The notes: generated from the sequence alone by a model not told the origin. 62,676 nucleotides of DNA from Acutalibacteraceae bacterium (GCA_045638245.1 JAZUAZ010000237.1:1-62676); one strand, 5' to 3'. Positions 46,149 to 56,906 are shown, counted from the first letter of the stretch. Numbers and translations are program-made.

Positions 46149-47171
46149 ATGAACTTTAAAGATCTTTGTTTCGGTCTTACAGATATATCGGCAACTTCAG
46201 GAGATGAAAAAAGTTTATCTGTAGAGTTAACGAAGAGACTCGATAAATATATGACTTGTAAAACAGATAGCCTCGGTAATGTCATAGGTACTTGCGGTAG
46301 CGGAGATTTTCATGTTTTGTTAGATGCTCATATTGATCAGGTAGGTCTTGTTGTAAGAGCAATTGACGACAAAGGATTTCTGCTTGTTGACAGAATAGGT
46401 TCTGTTGATCTCAGAGTTCTTACAGGCTCGGAGGTTATAGTTCACGGTAAAGAAGATTTGTTAGGGGTCATATGCTCTGTACCTCCTCATCTGCAGAACG
46501 GTACTCCTTCAGGTGACCTGAACATAAAAGCTATGGCTGTTGATATCGGTATGTGCGCTGATAAGGCGCGCAGAATGGTTTCAGTCGGAGATCGCATTAC
46601 AATGAAAAGTACGAAAAATGAGTTGCTCAACAATTGTATATGTTCTGCATCTCTTGATAACAGAGCAGGTGTTGCAGCTATTCTCGGGGCACTTGAAATA
46701 GTCAAAGGTAAGATCGATAACCTTACTTTATCAGTACTGTTTTCCGTTCAGGAAGAGGTTGGCCGCAGAGGAGCTGGTAGCGGCACTTTTCCGCTTAATC
46801 CTGACTGTGCGATTGTTGTTGACGTTGGATTCGGTGATGATGCATATACAGATTCAGCTTTTACCGTTAAACTCGGTAAGGGACCCTCGGTAGGAATCTC
46901 TCCGCTACTCGATAAAGGTCTTTTAGGTGAGATAATGAGTGTAGCTTATGAAAATAATATACCCGTACAAAATGATGTTATGGGTAGGAGCACAGGTACA
47001 AATGCTGACAGTATTTCAGTTGCCGGAAACGGAGTGAAAACCGCTTTGTTGTCTGTTCCGTTAAGATATATGCATACTTATAATGAAGTTGTTAATGTTG
47101 ATGATGTTATGTATACATCTGAGCTTATTGCTGCATTTCTTCTCAAGAAGGAGGCCGAATTAAATGCTTGA
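46149..47171 (+). CDS. M42 family metallopeptidase (FrvX/YsdC-like aminopeptidase)
   Basis: 340 aa. The HIDQVG, SLDNRAG and VQEEVGRRGA metal-ligand blocks are typical of M42. Confidence 0.88.
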   Translation: MNFKDLCFGLTDISATSGDEKSLSVELTKRLDKYMTCKTDSLGNVIGTCGSGDFHVLLDAHIDQVGLVVRAIDDKGFLLVDRIGSVDLRVLTGSEVIVHGKEDLLGVICSVPPHLQNGTPSGDLNIKAMAVDIGMCADKARRMVSVGDRITMKSTKNELLNNCICSASLDNRAGVAAILGALEIVKGKIDNLTLSVLFSVQEEVGRRGAGSGTFPLNPDCAIVVDVGFGDDAYTDSAFTVKLGKGPSVGISPLLDKGLLGEIMSVAYENNIPVQNDVMGRSTGTNADSISVAGNGVKTALLSVPLRYMHTYNEVVNVDDVMYTSELIAAFLLKKEAELNA

Positions 47172-48183
47172 ATATCTTGAAAAATTGTGTCTTCTTGATG
47201 GTACTTCCGGCAGAGAAGAAAGTGTCAGAAATTATATTTTATCAGAGATACACAATAAATGTGAATATAAAACTGATGCAATGGGTAATATACTTGCATT
47301 TAAAAAAGGAAAAAGAAAAGCTTCCAAGAAGGTTATGATTTCTGCCCATATGGATGAAGTGGCTCTGATGATTACGTATATTTGCGACAATGGATTATTA
47401 AGGTTTACAAATATTGGAGGTATTGATTGCAGGGTTTTGTCGGGCAGAGCTGTTCGTGTAGGTGAAAAAGGTGTTGTTGGGATAATAGGTAACAAAGCTG
47501 TTCATCTTTGCAATGACAGTGAGGCTGTTGTTGTGCCTAAAATAGAAAAAATGTATATCGATATAGGAGCAAAGTCGGCTGATGAGGCAAAAAAATATGT
47601 TTCTATCGGTGATTGTGCCTATTTTAAATCAGATTTTATTTATTTCGGTGAAAATAAAGTGAAGGCAAAAGCTATTGACGACCGTTTTGGTTGTGCAATT
47701 ATGCTTAAAATGATAAATGACGGTGTTGAATTTGACACGAACTTTGCTTTTTTAGTACAGGAAGAGGTCGGATGTCGAGGTGCGGGGCCGGCTGTATATG
47801 CTTTAAGACCTGATTATGCTATTGTTCTTGAGGCAACCACTGCTTCTGACATTTCAGGCGTTGCTGATGAAGATTCAGTTTGTTCACTCGGTAAAGGGGC
47901 GGTAGTGTCTTTTATGGACAGAAGTACTGTGTATAACAGAGATTTGTTTAAAAAAGCCTTTGAACTTGCCGAAAAAAAATCAATCAGAATTCAGCCTAAA
48001 ACTACGGTAGCCGGCGGTAATGATGCGGGCACTATTCATAAATCCTGTGAAGGAGTTTTAACTATAGCTGTTTCATTACCCTGCAGATATATACACTCAG
48101 CTACATCGGTTGCGGATACAAAAGATATGGTTGCTTGTTTTGAATTGGCTAAAGTTCTTTCAGAGGAGTTTGCCAATGCTTAG
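47164..48183 (+). CDS. M42 family metallopeptidase (paralogue)
   Basis: 339 aa with HMDEVA, AIDDRFG and VQEEVGCRGA blocks. Overlaps the previous M42 gene by 8 nt. Confidence 0.88.
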   Translation: MLEYLEKLCLLDGTSGREESVRNYILSEIHNKCEYKTDAMGNILAFKKGKRKASKKVMISAHMDEVALMITYICDNGLLRFTNIGGIDCRVLSGRAVRVGEKGVVGIIGNKAVHLCNDSEAVVVPKIEKMYIDIGAKSADEAKKYVSIGDCAYFKSDFIYFGENKVKAKAIDDRFGCAIMLKMINDGVEFDTNFAFLVQEEVGCRGAGPAVYALRPDYAIVLEATTASDISGVADEDSVCSLGKGAVVSFMDRSTVYNRDLFKKAFELAEKKSIRIQPKTTVAGGNDAGTIHKSCEGVLTIAVSLPCRYIHSATSVADTKDMVACFELAKVLSEEFANA

Positions 48184-48934
48184 AATTTTGAACACAAACG
48201 ATTTACCAACAGTTAAAAAACTGACTGCTGACAGTGTTCTTGGCACAAGGATTTACTGCTATGCCTTATGCTATGGTTTTGATAAGAGTTTTATTGATTT
48301 TTGGGCGGGCAATGATGTTATCGTCGCAAGATTTGATAACACATTTACCATTAAAGCGGGTTATAATGCAGATTTTTATGAATTAAGAGAGTTTATTGAT
48401 GTAATCGGTGCTAAGGATATTATTACTGAAGAACACACAGCAAAATCGTTAGGGTTTACCGGTTTTAATACAAAAAAAGCCTATATATTTGTTGGTGACG
48501 GATATGAATCATCCGATGTTGTAGAACTGGATGAGAGTTATATCTCTGAACTGTATTCGGTTATAAGTAATTCCATTCCTGATTCGTTCGGTAGCGACAA
48601 AAATGCCTATCTTAGCTTTCTTTCTGATTATATGTTCAGAAAAAACAGAGGATTTTCAAGAGCATATGGCGTAATTGTTGATGATAAGCTTGCTTCGACG
48701 ATTATTACGTCTGCCGAATCAGATGATTCGGCGGTTTTAAGCGGAGTTGCCTGTAGGGAGGAGTTCAGAAAAAACGGGTACGGTAAGAAAACCGTATTAA
48801 CTTTAGCTTCTTTGTTGAGTAAAGAAAATAAGAATATATATGTAATTGCCCTAAATAAATCTGCAGAAGGTTTTTATGAACATATCGGTTTCAGATACTT
48901 TGAAACTATTTCATATATATCGGAAAAGGTGTAA
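48176..48934 (+). CDS. GNAT family acetyltransferase (two-lobed)
   Basis: ATG overlaps the M42 stop (ATGCTTAG). The C-terminal lobe has VACREEFRKNGYGKKTV and FYEHIGF, which are GNAT motifs A and B. Confidence 0.65.
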   Translation: MLRILNTNDLPTVKKLTADSVLGTRIYCYALCYGFDKSFIDFWAGNDVIVARFDNTFTIKAGYNADFYELREFIDVIGAKDIITEEHTAKSLGFTGFNTKKAYIFVGDGYESSDVVELDESYISELYSVISNSIPDSFGSDKNAYLSFLSDYMFRKNRGFSRAYGVIVDDKLASTIITSAESDDSAVLSGVACREEFRKNGYGKKTVLTLASLLSKENKNIYVIALNKSAEGFYEHIGFRYFETISYISEKV

Positions 48935-48939
48935 TAAAT

Positions 48940-50208
48940 ATGTTTAAATTTGATGAGAGAATAGAAAAAATAGCTATTGACGCTCTTGATATTGCAAAGG
49001 AAGAATTCAGCAAAATTGATGAAATAACTGAATATAATCAGCAAAAAATGCTCTCTGCATTTATTGATAACTGTGTATCCGAAACGATGTTTGCAGAGAG
49101 CACAGGTTACGGATATAATGACAGAGGCAGGGAGGTTATAGACAAGGTGTTTGCTCAGGCAGTTGGTGCCGAGGATGCTCTCGTTAGACACAATTTTACG
49201 TGCGGAACACACACCTTGACCGTTGCTCTTTTTGGCGTACTCAGACCGGGCGATGTGATGCTCAGCGTATCCGGAAGACCGTATGATACGATTCTTCCTG
49301 TGATTGGTGTGGGTACAACTGAAAATGAAAATATGGGATCGTTGAAAAATTACGGTATAAAGTATGATGAGGTTCAACTTAGAGAGGACGGTAAGCTTGA
49401 TTTTGCGTCGATTGAAGAGCGTTTAAAAAGAGAACCTATCAGAATGGTTTATATTCAGCGTTCCAGAGGTTACAGTCTTAGACCTACTGTTTCAGTATCG
49501 GAAATAGCCAAGGTTGTTGAAATTACAAAAAAATATCCGGGTACTATGGTTATGGTTGATAACTGTTACGGTGAATGGACGGAAAAAATTGAGCCAACTG
49601 ATGTAGGTGTTGACTTAATGGCCGGTTCGCTTATTAAAAACCCTGGTGGAGGAATTGCTAAAACAGGTGGCTATATAGCGGGTAAGAGTGAGTTTGTTGA
49701 GCTTTGTGCATACAGAATGACTACACCGGGCTTAGGGCGTGAGGTTGGTGCGACTCTTGGCCAGAGCAGAGAGTTGTATATGGGAATTTTTAACGGCCCT
49801 CATGTTGTTGGTGAAGCTTTAAAAACTGCGGTGTTCACCGCTTCGATAATGAAGCTTCTCGGATTTGATTCAACCCCTGAAATTCATGAGACGAGACACG
49901 ATATAATCGAAGCTGTTAAGCTTGGTAGAGAGGATCTTCTTGTGGCCTTTTGTCAAGGGCTTCAAAAAGGAGCTCCGGTTGATTCGTTTGTTACTCCCGA
50001 GCCGTGGGATATGCCGGGATACGATAATAAAGTCATTATGTCTGCCGGTGCATTTACTCTCGGATCATCTATTGAGCTTTCAGCTGATGCACCTTTACGC
50101 GAACCGTATGCTGTATGGCTTCAGGGCGGTTTGAATTTTCATAGTAGTAAAATCGCTGTGATGTTTGCTGCGCAGGAAGTTCTTAAAGTGCTTGATAAAG
50201 AGGTATAA
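48940..50208 (+). CDS. ynbB: YnbB-like PLP-dependent enzyme (methionine gamma-lyase family / aluminium-resistance protein family)
   Basis: 422 aa. The layout and the blocks YGYNDRGR, VDNCYGEW and GSLIKNPGGGIAKTGGYIAG are characteristic of this family. Confidence 0.85.
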   Translation: MFKFDERIEKIAIDALDIAKEEFSKIDEITEYNQQKMLSAFIDNCVSETMFAESTGYGYNDRGREVIDKVFAQAVGAEDALVRHNFTCGTHTLTVALFGVLRPGDVMLSVSGRPYDTILPVIGVGTTENENMGSLKNYGIKYDEVQLREDGKLDFASIEERLKREPIRMVYIQRSRGYSLRPTVSVSEIAKVVEITKKYPGTMVMVDNCYGEWTEKIEPTDVGVDLMAGSLIKNPGGGIAKTGGYIAGKSEFVELCAYRMTTPGLGREVGATLGQSRELYMGIFNGPHVVGEALKTAVFTASIMKLLGFDSTPEIHETRHDIIEAVKLGREDLLVAFCQGLQKGAPVDSFVTPEPWDMPGYDNKVIMSAGAFTLGSSIELSADAPLREPYAVWLQGGLNFHSSKIAVMFAAQEVLKVLDKEV

Positions 50209-50209
50209 A

Positions 50210-50914
50210 ATGGAAAGTTTCAAGGGTTTTTCACCGGATATATTTTTACTGCTGGAGCTTAATAAATTTAATGACAGTAAAGAATTTTATGAGTCGGTTA
50301 AGGATGAGATAAAGAAAAAAGCAATTGAACCCATGCGTTCTCTTGCTGCAGATATTTCTGATGAATTATATAAAATTGATGACAAGATGAATCTTGTTCC
50401 TTCAAAAATGGTGTCGCGCATAAGAAGGGATACAAGATTTTCAAAAAATAAAAATCTTTATCGTTCAAACGTATGGTGTATGTTTATGCGGGATAAGCAC
50501 CAGTGGTCGTACCAGCCTTGTATGTGGTTTGAATATTACCCGGAATGCTACAGTTATGGTATTGGTATGTTCAGAACGGATGCGGATTATCTTCAGTGCT
50601 TCAGAGATTATCTTTCCGTCCATCAGAATGAATTTTTGGAGGCAATCCGATTCATTGAGTTAACAGGAGCTGTTTGTGAGATTGAGTCTTACAAGAAAGA
50701 TAAGCCCGGAACACAAAACATAATACCGGAACTCAGAAAATTCTATAACTGTAAAAATATCTGGTTTGTTTATTATAACAGCGATATGAAAAAACTCATT
50801 GACGGTTCAATAAAAACAGAATTGATATATGCAGTCAGAGCTTTTGCTCCGTTCTACAGATTTTTACTTAACGTAACTGAGAAAATGTACGAAAAAGGTG
50901 ATTGTAATGTATGA
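50210..50914 (+). CDS. DUF2461 family protein
   Basis: FKGFSPDIFLLLELNKFNDSKEFYES start and an RDTRFSKNK block as in TIGR02453/DUF2461. ATG after AGAGG. Confidence 0.7.
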   Translation: MESFKGFSPDIFLLLELNKFNDSKEFYESVKDEIKKKAIEPMRSLAADISDELYKIDDKMNLVPSKMVSRIRRDTRFSKNKNLYRSNVWCMFMRDKHQWSYQPCMWFEYYPECYSYGIGMFRTDADYLQCFRDYLSVHQNEFLEAIRFIELTGAVCEIESYKKDKPGTQNIIPELRKFYNCKNIWFVYYNSDMKKLIDGSIKTELIYAVRAFAPFYRFLLNVTEKMYEKGDCNV

Positions 50915-52418
50915 AAACAAGTATTTGTTCCTGAAAAGCGGAACTGATATAAGAGGTACTGCTGTTGAGGGAGTTCCCGGCGAAGAGGTTGAGCTGACAA
51001 ATGAAGCTATATTCGATCTTACTGTAGGCTTTTGCAAATGGCTTAACGAGAAAGGATACAATAAAAACAAAAAAATTGCGGTTGGTCATGATTCGAGAAT
51101 TTCTGCGCAAAGAATTAAAAACTGCATTTTCAAAGCACTTGCACAGTTTGATTTTACAATATTCGACTGTTCATATGCATCTACACCTGCGATGTTTATG
51201 GCTACGGTTGATGCAGGTTTTGTAGCTTCAATTCAGATAACAGCAAGTCATCATCCGTACAACAAGAACGGCCTGAAATTTTTTACGGCTGATGGCGGAC
51301 TTGACGGTAAGGATATTATAAGAATAACCGAACTTGCATCATGCGAGTTTACTTCGAAGGATAAAAAGCCCGATGTAGTGCCATATGACTATATGAGTAC
51401 TTATGCGAAAAGACTCAGAGAAATGATATGCCGAGAGGTGAATGCAGAAAAATTTGAAAAACCGCTCGACGGTTATAAAATCGTAGTAGATGCCGGTAAC
51501 GGCGTCGGAGGTTTTTATGCAACAGAGGTTCTTGAAAAGCTTGGGGCAGATATAAGAGGCAGTCAATTTCTTGATATGAACGGAATGTTCCCGAATCATG
51601 CGCCTAATCCTGAAAATAAGGAAGCTATGAAGTCGGTTTGTGAGGCGACCTTAAACAACGGGGCTGATTTTGGTATAATATTCGATACCGATGTTGACAG
51701 AGCAGGTTGTGTTGATGAAACCGGAAAAGAAATCAACAGAAACAGACTTGTAGCTCTTGCTTCACTTATTGCTCTTGAAAACAATCCCGGGGGAACAGTT
51801 GTAACTGACAGTGTTACATCGACCGGCCTTACCGAATTTATAAAAAATACCCTTGGTGGTGTGCACTACAGGTTTAAGCGTGGCTATAAAAATGTAATCA
51901 ACGAGCAGCTTCGTTTGCAGAGCGAGGGAGTTAACTGCCCGCTCGCTATCGAAACTTCGGGTCATGCAGCCTTCAGAGAAAACTATTATCTTGATGACGG
52001 TGCTTATCTTATTACAAAAATCATTATTAAAATGGCTCAACTTGGTAAGGAAGGCAAAAAGATAAACTCACTTATAGAGACATTAAAAGACCCTGTCGAA
52101 GAACAGGAATTCAGATTTAAAATTAAGGAAGCTAACTTCAGGGAGTATGGTCTTAAGGTTATTGATGAGCTCGAATCTTTCGCCTCAGAACAAGAGGGCT
52201 GGAGGATTGCTGATGATAACCGTGAAGGTATACGGATTTATTTTGACGGTGAAAAAGAAAAGGGTTGGCTTCTTCTGAGGCTTAGTGTACACGACCCGAT
52301 AATGCCGCTGAATATAGAGAGTGAGATTGTAGGTGGCGTTAGAAATATCGTAGTTAAATTTATTGAATTTATAAAACACTACGATATGCTTGATTTGTCT
52401 TCTGTTATGAATTTTTAG
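50907..52418 (+). CDS. phosphoglucomutase/phosphomannomutase family enzyme
   Basis: Active-site TASHHPYNKNG, metal loop FDTDVDRAG and sugar loop ETSGH. The ATG overlaps the preceding gene's stop region. Confidence 0.88.
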   Translation: MYENKYLFLKSGTDIRGTAVEGVPGEEVELTNEAIFDLTVGFCKWLNEKGYNKNKKIAVGHDSRISAQRIKNCIFKALAQFDFTIFDCSYASTPAMFMATVDAGFVASIQITASHHPYNKNGLKFFTADGGLDGKDIIRITELASCEFTSKDKKPDVVPYDYMSTYAKRLREMICREVNAEKFEKPLDGYKIVVDAGNGVGGFYATEVLEKLGADIRGSQFLDMNGMFPNHAPNPENKEAMKSVCEATLNNGADFGIIFDTDVDRAGCVDETGKEINRNRLVALASLIALENNPGGTVVTDSVTSTGLTEFIKNTLGGVHYRFKRGYKNVINEQLRLQSEGVNCPLAIETSGHAAFRENYYLDDGAYLITKIIIKMAQLGKEGKKINSLIETLKDPVEEQEFRFKIKEANFREYGLKVIDELESFASEQEGWRIADDNREGIRIYFDGEKEKGWLLLRLSVHDPIMPLNIESEIVGGVRNIVVKFIEFIKHYDMLDLSSVMNF

Positions 52419-52439
52419 ACTGCTTAAAGGAGGTTAATT

Positions 52440-53765
52440 ATGCGTAAATATTTTACTGCGTTTATTGCTTTTGGTTTTCTTGCAATTATTATGACAGCAA
52501 TTTGCCTTGTTAGCTTTAAGCCTATTGAATCGCTTATGAAACCTCCTATGTCAGGTGGGGATCACCACGAGATACAGGTTGCTTTTGAAGAGTATATTGA
52601 CAAGGAATATAAGCTTCGAGTTCCTCTCAGCGGAACCTACAGATCTTCTTATATTTCAGAGGATCTAAATGGTGACGGACAGGAAGAAATTATGGTTCTT
52701 TATTCCACAGAGGATGAAGTGGATATAGTTAAAATTTGCTTCATGAGGAAAGAGAACAACAAATGGAACGTTGTAACAGAGCTTATCAGTGATTACAATG
52801 AGGTGCATCAGGTTCAATTCGCCGACATCAACGGTGATTATATAATGGAACTACTTGTCGGATGGACGATTTATCGTAATGATTTTTCAAGAAATCTCAG
52901 TGTTTATAAAATACCGTTTGAAAGCAACAGTAATTTTGAAAATATGTTCAGTACGTCTTATCTTATGTTTGATACAGCGGATATTGATTCAAACGGGATA
53001 AATGATATTGCAGTTTTTGAATCTTCCGGTGACAGTACCGTACTCTCGTGCAACAGTTATGAGGGTGGTGCGGTTGTAAAAAAAGGAACAGTTCCTCTTG
53101 ATTCGTCCGTGTATACAGTATATGGTCTGAATTATGATAATGGAGCGGAAGATAACGGATTACGGATGTTTATTGATGCATATAAAATTGATTCAGGAGT
53201 GGTTACCGAATGTGTTTTCTGGGACAAGAGAAAAAAACAATTCCGCAAGGTTGAATCTGACGGAATTAGTATTCTTTCATCAAGACTGACAGGTGTTCAG
53301 TGTCAGGATGTTAATAATGACGGACTTATTGAGGTTCCGATCGAGGTGCCTCTTGAAGGCAGTAGTGTTATTACGAAATCTGATTCTCCTGCACAGACGC
53401 AAAATATTATTAAGTGGATTCAGCTCGGCAAAAGTAAACCTGATACAATAACTTATCAGTTAATTTACAACAACAATGATTTCAGAATAACATTTAATGA
53501 AAAGTGGATGGAAAATGTTACAGTTATAAATAATTATCCGGAAGGTTCAATTAAGTTCTTTTCAACAAACAATAAGACACGTAAACTTTTGTTTGAGCTT
53601 ATATACACATCCACACAGATCGAAGAAGACTCACTTGACAATAAATATAAACTTCTTACTCAGACAGGCAAAGGTAAACTCTTCTGTTTGATTCACAATT
53701 CAGACAGAGAACTTAATATAAACAAAATCTATTTAGAAAAGTCGATAATTCTTTATGGAGGTTAA
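52440..53765 (+). CDS. membrane-anchored protein with FG-GAP/VCBS-like DxNxDG repeats
   Basis: N-terminal TM helix. Four Ca-loop-like repeats follow: DLNGDGQEE, DINGDYIME, DIDSNGIND, DVNNDGLIE. Ends 4 nt before the response-regulator ATG. Confidence 0.55.
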   Translation: MRKYFTAFIAFGFLAIIMTAICLVSFKPIESLMKPPMSGGDHHEIQVAFEEYIDKEYKLRVPLSGTYRSSYISEDLNGDGQEEIMVLYSTEDEVDIVKICFMRKENNKWNVVTELISDYNEVHQVQFADINGDYIMELLVGWTIYRNDFSRNLSVYKIPFESNSNFENMFSTSYLMFDTADIDSNGINDIAVFESSGDSTVLSCNSYEGGAVVKKGTVPLDSSVYTVYGLNYDNGAEDNGLRMFIDAYKIDSGVVTECVFWDKRKKQFRKVESDGISILSSRLTGVQCQDVNNDGLIEVPIEVPLEGSSVITKSDSPAQTQNIIKWIQLGKSKPDTITYQLIYNNNDFRITFNEKWMENVTVINNYPEGSIKFFSTNNKTRKLLFELIYTSTQIEEDSLDNKYKLLTQTGKGKLFCLIHNSDRELNINKIYLEKSIILYGG

Positions 53766-53769
53766 TATT

Positions 53770-54471
53770 ATGAGAACAGTTTTAATTGCAGAGGATGAAA
53801 GTGCCATCAGAGATTTTATAGTTATAAATCTTAAAATTGCAGGCTTTGATGTCCTTGAAGCATCTGACGGCTCAAAAGCAATTGAGCAGTACGATTTAAA
53901 TGCTGATAAAATTGATATTGCTTTACTTGATATAATGATGCCCGGAGCAACCGGATGCGATGTTTGTAAACATATAAGAGAAAAAAATGCCAATGTCGGT
54001 ATTGTTTTTCTCACGGCAAAAACACAGGAGCAGGATATTATTTCCGGATTCAGATACGGAGCAGATGATTATATAACCAAGCCGTTTTCACCATCCGAGT
54101 TGGTTGCCCGTCTTGAAACATTATACAGAAGAGTTGAATACAGTAAAAAACTGTTGCAGACTACGCAAAGCGATAAATTAAAACTTGGTGACTTTGAACT
54201 TGATTTAAAAAAGCATTGTGTATCAAACAAGGGTGAGATTATAGAGCTTACGCAGATTGAGTTTCAGATTCTCGAATGCTTTTTCAATGAACCCGGCAAA
54301 TCTATCGATAGAAAGTACATACTTAATAAGGTGTGGGGAGATCCTTATTTTGGTGATGATAAGGTTGTTGATGTCAATATAAGGAGATTGAGACTAAAGC
54401 TTGAAGAAAGTCCGTCGAATCCGAGACATCTCATAACTATCTGGGGACAAGGTTATTGCTGGAAAGAATAA
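53770..54471 (+). CDS. OmpR-family response regulator
   Basis: Receiver domain (LIAEDE...DIALLDIMMPG...LTAK) plus a winged-helix output (LTQIEFQILECF...WGQGY). ATG after GGAGG. Confidence 0.92.
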   Translation: MRTVLIAEDESAIRDFIVINLKIAGFDVLEASDGSKAIEQYDLNADKIDIALLDIMMPGATGCDVCKHIREKNANVGIVFLTAKTQEQDIISGFRYGADDYITKPFSPSELVARLETLYRRVEYSKKLLQTTQSDKLKLGDFELDLKKHCVSNKGEIIELTQIEFQILECFFNEPGKSIDRKYILNKVWGDPYFGDDKVVDVNIRRLRLKLEESPSNPRHLITIWGQGYCWKE

Positions 54472-54499
54472 ACTTTTGACGGAAAAGGGGAGGTACTGT

Positions 54500-55921
54500 A
54501 TGAAAAAATCAATTAAACGCAGATGGGCGAAAAATATTTTATTGAGCATCATAGTAGTACTTCTTATCTGTTCAGGAGTAATTCTCTCTTCAATATATAA
54601 TCGGTATCAGAACTATGCCGAGCAGACAATAAAAGCAAGAATAACAAAATCTGTTGACACATATTTTTTGCCGTACAGTACCGCCGATGATGAAACCTTT
54701 GCTCAGATTGCTGCTGATTTTGTTGACACCTTTTTATATAAAGACACCATAGAGGTTTGGGTTCTTGATAAAAACGGAAATATGATTGCATCGACAAGCG
54801 GTTTTAGCGAGAAACAAAAGGGCGATTATGACGATTACTCCGAAGCTTTGTATGCGGATAACCGTATAGGGTCAGCCCTTACAAAGCTTGAGACGGGTGA
54901 ACATGTAACAGCTGTTACGTACATTTTGCGTGACAATAACGGCGATTCGTATGGTGCTTTGAGATATATGATTTCGATGGAGGATATTGATAAGCAATTT
55001 CTTCTTATTACATTGCTTGTAATTGTTATATTTATTCTTGTTATATTGGTTTTTGCTATGTCAGGTGTATATTTTATATCCTCTATAGTTAATCCGCTGC
55101 AGAGAATAAATCTGATAACTAAAGAAATAGCAAAAGGTAATTTTGACGTGCGAATCGAGTCTGAAAATGATGATGAGATAGGTGATTTGGCTTCTTCTAT
55201 AAATAATATGGCTCTTCAGTTGAGTGAGATTGACGAAATGAAAAACGATTTTATTTCTACGGTTTCTCATGAAATCAGAACACCTCTCACAGCAATTAAG
55301 GGTTGGAGCGAAACGCTAAAAAGCGTTGGAAACGATGAAGAATTAAGGCACAAAGGACTCGATATAATTATTGATGAAACAACAAGATTATCTATTATGG
55401 TTGAAGATCTTCTTAACTTTTCAAGGATCCAGAACGGAAATTTTACAGCCAATAAAGAAAAAATTGATCTTGTTAATCTTGCTCAACAAGCTTTTGATAT
55501 TTATAATCAGAAGTGTATGAGTGAAAATATAACTCTTGAAATTAAATTCAATCAGAAGAATCTCTTTATTTACGCTGACCGCGATAAAATTTTGCAGGTA
55601 CTTATAAACATTCTTGATAATGCGCTCAAATATAATCACAGTGGCGGAAGTATAGATGTGACTATAGGTAAGTTCAAAAAGTACGGAAAGGTAACGATAA
55701 GCGATACAGGTTGCGGTATCAACCGGGATGATCTTCAGCACGTAAAGGACAAGTTTTATAAAGCCAATAATACCGTCAGAGGAACCGGAATAGGTTTAGC
55801 GGTTGTTGATGAAATAATTGAAATGCATGATGGTATTTTTGATATTAAGAGCGAAGAAGATAAAGGAACTGTTGTTGAAATTTACATTCCCCTGTATACG
55901 AAGGAGGCAGATTATGAATAA
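54500..55921 (+). CDS. sensor histidine kinase (two TM helices, HAMP, HisKA, HATPase)
   Basis: H-box SHEIRTPL, N-box NILDNALKYN and G-boxes DTGCGI / GTGIGLAVV. An extracytoplasmic loop of about 150 aa lies between the two TM helices. Confidence 0.9.
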   Translation: MKKSIKRRWAKNILLSIIVVLLICSGVILSSIYNRYQNYAEQTIKARITKSVDTYFLPYSTADDETFAQIAADFVDTFLYKDTIEVWVLDKNGNMIASTSGFSEKQKGDYDDYSEALYADNRIGSALTKLETGEHVTAVTYILRDNNGDSYGALRYMISMEDIDKQFLLITLLVIVIFILVILVFAMSGVYFISSIVNPLQRINLITKEIAKGNFDVRIESENDDEIGDLASSINNMALQLSEIDEMKNDFISTVSHEIRTPLTAIKGWSETLKSVGNDEELRHKGLDIIIDETTRLSIMVEDLLNFSRIQNGNFTANKEKIDLVNLAQQAFDIYNQKCMSENITLEIKFNQKNLFIYADRDKILQVLINILDNALKYNHSGGSIDVTIGKFKKYGKVTISDTGCGINRDDLQHVKDKFYKANNTVRGTGIGLAVVDEIIEMHDGIFDIKSEEDKGTVVEIYIPLYTKEADYE

Positions 55922-56906
55922 TAAAGAAAAATCAGCCTGTAAGCTTTCTATAGGCGGTCAGGCTTTAATCGAAGGAATAATGATGCAGGGACCGAACGGA
56001 GCGGCTATATCGGTAAGATGCCCCGACGGCACTATTGATACAGAAGCAATTGAGGTAAAGCACATAAAAGACAAGATTAGATTTTTAGGCTGGCCGATTA
56101 TAAGAGGTGTTGTGAATTATATTGAATCTATGGTGTTCGGTTATAAATGTCTTATGATTTCTGCGGATAAGTCAGGTCTTGAGGATATTGATGCAAGTGA
56201 TGAAAATTCATCGAAGCTCGACAAGTGGCTAAGTGAACATCTTAATAAAAAGGTTATGGGGGTAATTACCGGAATTGCATCTGTTATAGGTGTACTTCTT
56301 GCATTTTTATTGTTTTTCTACCTTCCTACAGCTGCAGTTAATTTTCTTAACGGATTATTTGACGGTATTCTTACGAATTATCGTGCGATCTTTGAAGGTG
56401 TAATCAGGATGGCGATATTTGTTATTTATATTGCTCTTGTTTCACTTATGAAAGATATCAAGCGTACTTTTATGTATCACGGAGCGGAACATAAAACTAT
56501 ATTTTGCTACGAAAACGGTCTTGAACTTACGGTTGAAAATGTAAGGAAGCAGTCACGCTTTCACCCCCGTTGCGGAACAAGCTTTATTTTTGTAATAATA
56601 ATTATAAGTGTTATAATTTCATCGGTAATATCTGTCACTACAGATCTTCATTCAAATAATCTTATCTGGATGGGTGTAAAGCTTCTTATTTTACCTTTAG
56701 TTACGGGTTTCAGCTATGAATTTATCAAATATGCAGGTAAGCATGACAATTTGTTTGTAAAAATACTTGCTGCTCCCGGACTATGGATGCAGCGACTTAC
56801 AACTAAAGAACCTGATGATGAAATGATTGAGGTTGCGATCGCTGCGTTCACAGCTGTGCTTCCTGAAGAAGATGATAACAAGGATAATGCTGAAGATGAA
56901 ACTTAA
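55914..56906 (+). CDS. DUF1385 family membrane protein
   Basis: IGGQALIEGIMMQGPNG start and the YHGAEHKTI block. Conserved position upstream of prmC. ATG after AGGAGG. Confidence 0.8.
   Translation: MNNKEKSACKLSIGGQALIEGIMMQGPNGAAISVRCPDGTIDTEAIEVKHIKDKIRFLGWPIIRGVVNYIESMVFGYKCLMISADKSGLEDIDASDENSSKLDKWLSEHLNKKVMGVITGIASVIGVLLAFLLFFYLPTAAVNFLNGLFDGILTNYRAIFEGVIRMAIFVIYIALVSLMKDIKRTFMYHGAEHKTIFCYENGLELTVENVRKQSRFHPRCGTSFIFVIIIISVIISSVISVTTDLHSNNLIWMGVKLLILPLVTGFSYEFIKYAGKHDNLFVKILAAPGLWMQRLTTKEPDDEMIEVAIAAFTAVLPEEDDNKDNAEDET

Noticed and set aside
42006-52418. GH38, PHP, two M42, GNAT, ynbB, DUF2461 and phosphohexomutase genes as one mannoside-utilisation or novel metabolic system
   Set aside because: Intrinsic terminators at 45187-45214 and 46051-46085 split the run. 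There is no transporter or regulator. The gene functions are heterogeneous housekeeping types.
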